Shown here piece after piece: positions 25,203 through 30,277 of a DNA stretch of 30,277 nucleotides. Made by a program: the position numbers and the translations under genes. This stretch comes from a virus, in IMG/VR virus record IMGVR_UViG_3300045988_019835, positions 1 to 30,277 of that record; one strand, 5' to 3'. How positions within the stretch are numbered: position 1 is the stretch's first letter; the number at the start of each line of letters is the position of its first letter. Below the pieces are notes generated by a model that made no database searches, was not told the origin of the DNA, and was given only the letters and a program-made list of their open reading frames with translations.

Positions 25203-25222
25203 GTGTTTGTTGATTGGTTTGG

Positions 25223-26350
25223 TTATTCGGAAAGATATTGCGGTAGCAGCTCCGCCTTGATATAGTCGGGCAACTTGCACTGGATGATCCCGTGAGCGCC
25301 CTCTTCGGCCTTGGCATCGAACCCCGGCCACGTATCGGCGTCCCGGCATTGCTTCACGATGTCGAGCGCCTGCGCGTACTTGTACTTGCCGACCTGCAGA
25401 TCCTCGGCATCCCAGTAGAACACCGCGACCTGGTACGGAAGCACCGTCTGGGCCATGACCATCAGCGTGGCGGTGAACTCGCGGCCTGTGATCTCACCGG
25501 CGACTTTCAGATACATCCCCTCGGCCATCTCGTAGCGGTACTTCGCGCAGTCCCGCATAAATGCCTCTACGGAGGTCGCATTGGTAGTCTTCACCGACAA
25601 AATGGCGTTCACGCCGAAGTTCTCTTCCAGGAGCATCCCGTCGGGGCGGATCTTCACTTTGAGGCCCGTCGACGCATCGCTCCCGTACATAGACGTCTCG
25701 GTCTTCACATAGGGCATGATCCGCGGGAGAATGCCGCCGCCGTAGGTATTGAACGATACCTTCATGGCCCGGATGATGTCGTAATACGTGCGGTCGATCA
25801 GCGTGTACCCGGCCTTTTCGCATTGAGCTTCCATGTCCGAGGCCATCCCTTTGAGCGTCGGCAGCTTCCATGACGGGTCGATCTCAACCTGCGATATATT
25901 CAACAGATCGGAAAAGAATCGGATCAACTCGACACACCCGCGGATGGTTCCCCGGTCGGCCTTGGGTTTCACCACGACCTGCTCGAAACGCCTGGGTTCG
26001 AGGAACGCTTCATGTGCGAATGTCCCCAGTTCGAAGTGTTTGCCGTCTGGCCGCGCGATCTCCTCATTGCGGGCGATCAGATAGTGACGCGGGGATTTCA
26101 ACGCCTCCTTCAGCAGCGAGGAGCTTTCGCCCGCTGCTTTGAGGTAGGTCTCCATCCGATCGTTGGCTACCCTTCCGTTCACCGCCAGCGCATAGTTGTA
26201 TACGCGGCGCGGTTTCTCGGGGAGGTTGTCGAGACGGTGGATGAACTCCTCAAAGGGCGTGTATTCCGCCCGATCGAACTGCAACGGGCAAAGTTCCTCG
26301 CCCGCTACAGTCGCACCGGACAGATCGTATGTCTGAAATCCTACCTCCAT
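25223..26350 (-). CDS. PD-(D/E)XK family exonuclease (RecE / DUF3799-like)
   Basis: GTFAHEAFLE ... KIRPDGML ... AILSVKTT ... AKYRYEMAEGMY follows the G.a.H / R.D / (D/E).K / Y..Q..Y order of this family. Confidence 0.65.
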   Translation of the reverse strand: MEVGFQTYDLSGATVAGEELCPLQFDRAEYTPFEEFIHRLDNLPEKPRRVYNYALAVNGRVANDRMETYLKAAGESSSLLKEALKSPRHYLIARNEEIARPDGKHFELGTFAHEAFLEPRRFEQVVVKPKADRGTIRGCVELIRFFSDLLNISQVEIDPSWKLPTLKGMASDMEAQCEKAGYTLIDRTYYDIIRAMKVSFNTYGGGILPRIMPYVKTETSMYGSDASTGLKVKIRPDGMLLEENFGVNAILSVKTTNATSVEAFMRDCAKYRYEMAEGMYLKVAGEITGREFTATLMVMAQTVLPYQVAVFYWDAEDLQVGKYKYAQALDIVKQCRDADTWPGFDAKAEEGAHGIIQCKLPDYIKAELLPQYLSE

Positions 26351-26352
26351 GT

Positions 26353-26763
26353 CTATTTCTTGATGACAAGCCGCTTGACGCTCCAGTTGTCGGACTTGTA
26401 GCTGTTCGTCGAGTTCTTCTTCTTGCCCAGATAGGTGATCTCGAAAGCATCGCCCGGTTTGATCGATGCCTGGAACGACTCGAAAATTCCCACCAGGCGG
26501 CGCGATCCGTTGCGTACGGCCCGAAGTTCACCGTTGACGTGCTCGGCAAACTGGGCCACCAGCAGCTCGCGGGTCTCGCCGGATTCCATTTCGACGACAT
26601 TCTCCATGTTCAACCCCACGAAGAACAGGCGGCGGGTTTCGCCCTCCTTCTCGGGCGTCCAGTATTCACCCGACATTTCGATCGGTTCGGGCTCTGCTTT
26701 CGAGAGGTCGGGAAGGTTGCGGAAATCTACCGTTGCTACGGCGTTCATGTTCGTGTTTTCCAT
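26353..26763 (-). CDS. Hypothetical protein
   Basis: 136-aa ORF. Its TAG stop lies 2 nt before the exonuclease ATG. Confidence 0.55.
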   Translation of the reverse strand: MENTNMNAVATVDFRNLPDLSKAEPEPIEMSGEYWTPEKEGETRRLFFVGLNMENVVEMESGETRELLVAQFAEHVNGELRAVRNGSRRLVGIFESFQASIKPGDAFEITYLGKKKNSTNSYKSDNWSVKRLVIKK

Positions 26764-26773
26764 AGTTCTGATT

Positions 26774-27208
26774 TTATCGGTTCAACAAAATGTTTTCGTG
26801 ATCTTTGTAGTATTGATTGAGCACCCGTACCAGCCCGTGCAGCTCGACGTCGTTGTCGCAGTCGTATGCGCCGACTACCTCGAAGCTCTCTTCGAGTTCG
26901 GCATACGGCTCCCAGATCCCCATATAGGTGTAGCCGCCGGGCATATCCGTCCACTTGTAGTCGTGCCGGATGTCGATGTCCCACGGCCCGAGAAAGACAT
27001 CTATCCCGTCGCTGGTGTAGACTATGCCGTCTACGTCGCCGTCCGATTTCCGACGGATAGCCTTCACCGCCTCACGCCAGAATTCCGCAATCGTCTGCTC
27101 TTTGAGGCAGAATTCGGCCGTTGATCTCGGGATATTCGATTCGCGGCCCGTGATGTACTCGCTGGGATAGTACCCGAGCGATTCGGCAGGTTGATTCTGT
27201 GTGTTCAT
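26774..27208 (-). CDS. Hypothetical protein
   Basis: ATG at 27208 (MNTQNQPAES...), 2 nt after the upstream stop. The track start at 27316 was trimmed. Confidence 0.55.
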   Translation of the reverse strand: MNTQNQPAESLGYYPSEYITGRESNIPRSTAEFCLKEQTIAEFWREAVKAIRRKSDGDVDGIVYTSDGIDVFLGPWDIDIRHDYKWTDMPGGYTYMGIWEPYAELEESFEVVGAYDCDNDVELHGLVRVLNQYYKDHENILLNR

Positions 27209-27210
27209 GG

Positions 27211-27342
27211 TCAGTCGAATTTTTCGAAAATACGGTTGAGAATGGCATCCACGGCATTGTAGATGCGGGTGTCGGAATACACGATCCCGAACACCGCTGC
27301 AATGGCTCCCAGCCACAACAGCAAGGTTACAAGGTGTGCCAT
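27211..27342 (-). CDS. Small single-pass membrane protein (43 aa)
   Basis: ATG at 27342 (MAHLVTLLLWLGAIAAVFGIVYSD...), 2 nt after the upstream stop. Confidence 0.45.
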   Translation of the reverse strand: MAHLVTLLLWLGAIAAVFGIVYSDTRIYNAVDAILNRIFEKFD

Positions 27343-27344
27343 AG

Positions 27345-27602
27345 TCAGAGATTCTTGTAGATGTGATGCAGTGCGTCGAGCGAGGATTTCACGCTCTCCG
27401 TGCAGGCGAAATGGCATTTCTCCACCCGGTGACACCAGCTGGCCACCACGGCAATTGCGCAGCGGTAGAACTCCTCGAAGGAGAGGGGATGATTCATGAC
27501 GTTGCCGTTGATGATGGCAACCAGTTCGGCTTTCGTGAGCCGCGTGTAAGACGTGGTCGGGGTACCTTGTACCCGGGTCCCACTTTCAGAAGAGTTTGGC
27601 AT
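27345..27602 (-). CDS. Hypothetical protein
   Basis: 85-aa ORF, the first gene after the structured intergenic region. Confidence 0.5.
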   Translation of the reverse strand: MPNSSESGTRVQGTPTTSYTRLTKAELVAIINGNVMNHPLSFEEFYRCAIAVVASWCHRVEKCHFACTESVKSSLDALHHIYKNL

Positions 27603-27627
27603 GGTCTGAAAGTTTTTAGTAGTATGT

Positions 27628-27646
27628 AAAAAAGAGGCGAGCCTCT
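27628..27646 (-). terminator. Short intrinsic terminator-like hairpin + U6
   Basis: The minus strand reads AGAGG-CUCG-CCUCU followed by UUUUU (A-run 27628..27633 on the plus strand). Confidence 0.45.
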
Positions 27647-27755
27647 CTCGTTTAAGTCGCCAAACTCTCGCAATCCGAAAGGATTACGCCACAAGAAAGA
27701 CCCGCTTTATCGCAGAATCAGTATGTAATCGCAATTTGGTTTGCGAGAGTTTGGC
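27628..27755 (-). ncRNA. Candidate structured small RNA or transcription-attenuating leader
   Basis: A promoter-like element lies just upstream. A perfect 15-bp inverted repeat (27659..27673 / 27741..27755) encloses 67 nt, including an AAUCC-UUUC-GGAUU hairpin. A terminator follows. No ORF is present. Confidence 0.35.
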
Positions 27756-27760
27756 AATGG

Positions 27761-27791
27761 CAAATATAGGAATTCATTCCGGATCTGCAAA
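27761..27791 (-). promoter_or_regulatory. Bacteroidota-type promoter (TTTG -33 box / TATATTTG -7 box)
   Basis: The minus strand reads TTTG (27791..27788), a 19-nt spacer, then TATATTTG (27768..27761). This matches TAnnTTTG exactly. I found no other full match in the window by eye. Confidence 0.45.
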
Positions 27792-28088
27792 ATTATTTTT
27801 CACAAATCGCTCGGTGTCCGGGTCGGGCAGGAGGATGTTTTCCATCGTCACGATTACGCAATCGGGACGCCTTTCGACTTTCAGAATGCCATCGGAAAGC
27901 AGTTTGAGACCTATCTCCTTTGCAATCTCTTTTGCAATGGCGTTGACATCCTCCATATACGGGTATGGATATGTCCGGTATTTGCCAAACATAGCACATT
28001 CGTTCGAGGAGAATACCGACAGGTCGCACACTCGGTGCGCCCCGTCCCGGAGCTCCACGATCTCGTCTTTAAACCTGTACCCTTTCAT
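27774..28088 (-). CDS. Hypothetical protein
   Basis: ATG at 28088 (MKGYRFKDEIVEL...). The upstream part of track ORF 27774..28205 is Arg/Ser-rich and overlaps a better small ORF in another frame. Confidence 0.5.
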   Translation of the reverse strand: MKGYRFKDEIVELRDGAHRVCDLSVFSSNECAMFGKYRTYPYPYMEDVNAIAKEIAKEIGLKLLSDGILKVERRPDCVIVTMENILLPDPDTERFVKNNFADPE

Positions 28089-28089
28089 A

Positions 28090-28251
28090 CTACCGGATAT
28101 TTTTCGCCATTCGCTGCGATCGCTCGCAGTCGCGCTTGAACTTTTCGGCGCGTTCCTTCGTCGCCTTATCGGGTGATACAAGGAGCCACGTCCGCGGCCC
28201 CACATTCAGCGGCTTCAACTGCTCGCCGCGCTTGTTCTTGTATGCGTCCAT
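28090..28251 (-). CDS. Small basic protein (53 aa)
   Basis: Not in the track. My translation is MDAYKNKRGEQLKPLNVGPRTWLLVSPDKATKERAEKFKRDCERSQRMAKNIR*. It fills the gap exactly: it starts 3 nt after the MTase stop and ends 1 nt before the next ATG. Confidence 0.4.
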   Translation of the reverse strand: MDAYKNKRGEQLKPLNVGPRTWLLVSPDKATKERAEKFKRDCERSQRMAKNIR

Positions 28252-28254
28252 AGT

Positions 28255-29043
28255 CTATATGAATAGTTGTTTCTGAACTCTTGTAAGGACCTTTTCACGG
28301 GCTGCCCGGCAGAAGTCCTTCTTGATCTCGAATCCGTATGCCTTTCGGCCCATGTTGGCGGCAGCAAGCAGTGTTGTCCCGCTCCCAGCGCACGGATCGA
28401 TGATGACGTCCCCCTTGTCGCTGAATATCTCGATCAATCTTTCGAGTAGGGGGACGGGCTTCTGTGTCGGGTGCACCTTCGGGGTGTCGTTGTCTCTAAC
28501 CCATTCGAAGCAGTTGAAGATCATGCGGCCGCCGTTGTTGAATTTTGGAAGTCTATCCCGATATAAGATCAGCCCATATTCGCAGTTGCCGACTACCTTC
28601 ATGTTGGCTTTGAGTACCTGGGCGGAGAAGTCTTTCCTAAACACCAGCGGAATATATCGTTTCAGCCCGTATCGTGAGGCCAATTCGATATAGTAGTGCA
28701 TCTGTTCAAAGGGGCAGAACAGAATCATGCACGACGCTCCTCCTTTGCTTTTTTTGTCTGAATCATCATTCTGTTTCTTTTCGGGCTTATCCTTGCGAAG
28801 CATCTGACTGCAGAAGTGCATGAACTCCGCCGGGCGGAAGTCCTTATCGGTGTCGAAGAACTGCTTCCCGGCCAGATCGCTTTCCCCGTTCTTATTGTCG
28901 CCGTCGATATACCATGCCGGGTTGCTGGCGTAGGCATTCGCACCCAGGTTATACGGAACGTCGGCAATGATGAGCTGTGCTTTCGGTATGCCGTATGACT
29001 TGAAGTTTTGGAAGTGATCGTTGAATAATTCTATCTCTTTCAT
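28255..29043 (-). CDS. Beta-class N6-adenine / N4-cytosine DNA methyltransferase (N6_N4_Mtase type)
   Basis: ATG at 29043; the track N-terminus overlaps tRNA-Gln. Motif IV variant is IIADVPYN, followed by HPTQKP and then motif I, IIDPCAGSGTT. This is the beta-class permuted order. Confidence 0.85.
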   Translation of the reverse strand: MKEIELFNDHFQNFKSYGIPKAQLIIADVPYNLGANAYASNPAWYIDGDNKNGESDLAGKQFFDTDKDFRPAEFMHFCSQMLRKDKPEKKQNDDSDKKSKGGASCMILFCPFEQMHYYIELASRYGLKRYIPLVFRKDFSAQVLKANMKVVGNCEYGLILYRDRLPKFNNGGRMIFNCFEWVRDNDTPKVHPTQKPVPLLERLIEIFSDKGDVIIDPCAGSGTTLLAAANMGRKAYGFEIKKDFCRAAREKVLTRVQKQLFI

Positions 29044-29058
29044 ATAGCAGATATTTTG

Positions 29059-29129
29059 TTGACCCTCCCGGATTCGAACCGGGGCCAGCAGAACCAAAGT
29101 CTGCGGTGCTACCGTTACACCAAGGGTCA
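29059..29129 (-). tRNA. tRNA-Gln (anticodon UUG)
   Basis: Folded by hand. Acceptor UGACCCU/AGGGUCA; D arm GUGU-AACGGUA-GCAC; anticodon arm GCAGA-CUUUGGU-UCUGC; T arm CCCGG-UUCGAAU-CCGGG. 71 nt, with no encoded CCA. Confidence 0.85.
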
Positions 29130-29285
29130 AAATGCCCGTCTTTCCGGGCTGCCATTGGTTTTCGTGTCACCTGTCCGATGGAGTCAAGCGTCCTTTTCCG
29201 CTTTGCCACCTCCTTCATCCGTCGGAGTAATCCCGTTGCGCCATCGTCGCCCTACTTGCCAAACAAACAATCCAAAAGGGGTTTG

Positions 29286-29370
29286 CGGAGGGTGAGGGAT
29301 TCGAACCCCCGAGGCGTTGCCGCCTGCCTCGTTAGCGGTGAGGTGCATTCAGCCACTCTGCCAACCCTCC
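29286..29370 (-). tRNA. Type II tRNA, most like tRNA-Ser (anticodon GCU), with an atypical anticodon arm
   Basis: Acceptor GGAGGGU/ACCCUCC; long variable arm AGGCG-GCAA-CGCCU; T arm GGGGG-UUCGAAU-CCCUC. The anticodon arm CCUCA-CCGCUAA-CGAGG has C at position 33 and an A-C mismatch at 31:39. Confidence 0.65.
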
Positions 29371-29408
29371 AAAAACCGCCCCTACCCCGTCGGGCATGAT
29401 TGGGGCGG
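29371..29408 (-). terminator. Terminator-like hairpin + U5 immediately upstream of the tRNA-Ser-like gene
   Basis: The minus strand reads CCGCCCC-(19 nt)-GGGGCGG followed by UUUUU. It lies 60 nt downstream of the winged-helix ORF stop. Confidence 0.5.
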
Positions 29409-29467
29409 AACCGCCGCGGGCCTCACGGATGGCGGCGGTAGCGGTAAGTTTGCGAATTGACCGGCTA

Positions 29468-29698
29468 TTATAAGCTGCCAAGGTCTTGTCCCATCCGGTA
29501 CTCGTTAAACCGTACCCGTCGGCCCGTTTTCGTCTCGCCGTATTGTTTATCGGCGACAACGGGGAATCCCCGGTCTTTCAGCCGGGATACGATTCGTCGC
29601 AGTTTCGTTGTATCGAACATCTGTATTGCCTTCTGTACCGTCAGCCTCCCGCTCGCCATCAGGTAGGCAAGGATCTCGCGTTGTGGGTTTCGTACCAT
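29468..29698 (-). CDS. Small winged-helix / HTH DNA-binding protein
   Basis: ATG at 29698 (MVRNPQREILAYLMASGRLTVQKAIQMFDTTKLRRIVSRLKDRGFPVV...). The track start at 29878 is TTG and the extension is low-complexity. Confidence 0.55.
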   Translation of the reverse strand: MVRNPQREILAYLMASGRLTVQKAIQMFDTTKLRRIVSRLKDRGFPVVADKQYGETKTGRRVRFNEYRMGQDLGSL

Positions 29699-29719
29699 AT
29701 CCTTGTTGTTTTGGTTTGC

Positions 29720-29749
29720 ACCCGGTGTGGCGGTCAAGCCACACCGGGT
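29720..29749. promoter_or_regulatory. Perfect 12-bp inverted repeat (possible operator or RNA hairpin) 22 nt upstream of the winged-helix ATG
   Basis: ACCCGGTGTGGC-GGTCAA-GCCACACCGGGT on the plus strand. No U-tract on either strand. Confidence 0.5.
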
Positions 29750-29949
29750 AAGTCGTTTCGGCTCCGCGGATCGCTCCGCATCATCGCTCGATGATTGGTA
29801 TTTGTCGGTTGCCCGCCCGGTCGCCGCCAAGTCGGTCTCCGGGTTTAACGTCGTTTCAGACGATCGCCACAATGTCAAAGAACTGCTGTATCGCTTTGCT
29901 GTGGGGTTATTGCCAGCGAAAGACCCCTCACCTCGAAGGGTGGCTATTT

Positions 29950-30050
29950 GAGGGTGATCCGGGAGTCGAACCCGGTAATGTGGCCAGAACGTGAAAAGTC
30001 TTTGTGCATACTCCGCTCGCCCCTATCCGTTTAGGACACTATATCACCCT
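29950..30050 (-). ncRNA. About 100-nt tRNA-like RNA gene lacking a recognisable anticodon arm
   Basis: The minus strand has an 8-bp closing stem (AGGGUGAU...AUCACCCU) abutting a canonical T arm (CCGGG-UUCGACU-CCCGG). A 5' hairpin UGUCC-UAAAC-GGAUA is present. The central ~48 nt contains no 5-bp/7-nt anticodon stem-loop. Confidence 0.45.
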
Positions 30051-30057
30051 GCCGTTG

Positions 30058-30277
30058 CTATTCTTGCGCCTTCTCGACTTTGATCGAATCATCCGCCACG
30101 ACGATGCGGTTTTCGCAAACATATCGGGCGATGCTATGATCCTTCACCTGACATTCAATACCCGATGATCGAATAATCATCGTCGAGGTGTCCCAGCTCC
30201 TGGCGTTGATCGTCGAGGTGCCCAAACTCTCGGCGTTGATCGTCGAGGTGCCCAAACTCTTGGCGTTGATCGTCGAG
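30058..30277 (-). CDS. Partial ORF (N-terminus off the window) with decapeptide repeats STINA[KER]SLGT
   Basis: The frame stays open to the window edge; the track start at 30255 is TTG. Third-position GC is high in the repeat part. TAG stop at 30058. Confidence 0.4.
   Translation of the reverse strand, partial: STINAKSLGTSTINAESLGTSTINARSWDTSTMIIRSSGIECQVKDHSIARYVCENRIVVADDSIKVEKAQE
30181..30277. repeat. Tandem direct repeat, 30-bp unit, at least 3.2 copies, truncated by the window end
   Basis: The units are 30181-30210, 30211-30240 and 30241-30270, then a partial cgtcgag. Units 2 and 3 differ at one base. Unit 1 differs at several. Confidence 0.9.

Larger units (their letters stand above)
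1..30277. mobile_element. Tailed dsDNA phage / prophage genome segment (siphovirus-like gene content)
   Basis: Unbroken minus-strand array of phage hallmark genes: terminase, portal, protease, HK97-type capsid, tape measure, tail proteins, replication and recombination genes, 3 DNA MTases and tRNAs. No integrase or host flank recognised. Confidence 0.9.

Noticed and set aside
28949-29218. 89-aa minus ORF, and the first 29 codons of track ORF 28255..29130
   Set aside because: Both run through the hand-folded tRNA-Gln (29059..29129). The methyltransferase has a proper ATG at 29043 immediately downstream of the tRNA.
29059-29370. tRNA cluster as evidence of a prophage integration site (attL/attR)
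   Set aside because: The tRNAs are complete genes in the phage transcription direction, embedded between phage ORFs. I found no integrase and no duplicated tRNA 3' fragment in the window.
29950-30050. Calling the 100-nt tRNA-like element a tRNA-Sec
   Set aside because: The 8-bp acceptor and 5-bp T stem are Sec-like. However, I could not form a 6-bp D stem or any anticodon stem-loop presenting UCA, and no selenoprotein machinery is evident.
30181-30277. CRISPR array
   Set aside because: The repeats are directly contiguous with no spacers, the unit is 30 bp with an open reading frame through it, and there are no cas genes.

Overview
The window is almost entirely one tailed dsDNA phage or prophage segment. 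It is GC-rich: hand-counted 60-nt blocks are mostly 55-60% GC. Every credible gene is on the minus strand, and the genes are packed nearly gap-free with many ATGA or TAATG stop/start overlaps. All long plus-strand ORFs look like antisense artefacts.

In transcription order (high to low coordinates) the window contains:
- An RNA and control region: 30-bp tandem repeats at the window edge, a 100-nt tRNA-like element, palindromes, a small winged-helix gene, a tRNA-Ser-like gene and tRNA-Gln(UUG).
- A replication, recombination and DNA-modification module: a beta-class N6/N4 methyltransferase (MTase), a PD-(D/E)XK exonuclease, an HNH nuclease, a DUF4373-type replication protein, a DnaC-like loader, Cys-rich proteins, a VRR-NUC nuclease, a Dam-type MTase with an in-frame TAA, a C5 MTase and YopX.
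- A sigma factor encoded as two overlapping ORFs.
- Packaging and morphogenesis genes: TerS-like, TerL, a chaperone-like gene with a U9 -1 frameshift signal, tail proteins, tape measure, an XkdF-type protease/scaffold, an HK97-type capsid, portal, a collagen-like fibre and a holin-like ORF.

A Bacteroidota host is an inference. It rests on A-rich start contexts with no GGAGG, one TTTG/TAnnTTTG-type promoter and a DUF4373 protein. No integrase or att site was seen, so free phage and prophage cannot be distinguished.

The observations most worth following up are:
- the in-frame TAA splitting the dam-like gene;
- the split sigma factor;
- the frameshifted chaperone-like gene, displaced about 5 kb from the tape measure;
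- a promoter + long inverted repeat + terminator unit that looks like a structured sRNA or attenuator;
- two aberrant tRNA-like genes;
- a roughly 300-bp island of about 33% GC inside a tail-associated gene;
- a non-canonical order of morphogenesis genes.

All functional calls come from motif recognition by eye. No database search was possible.
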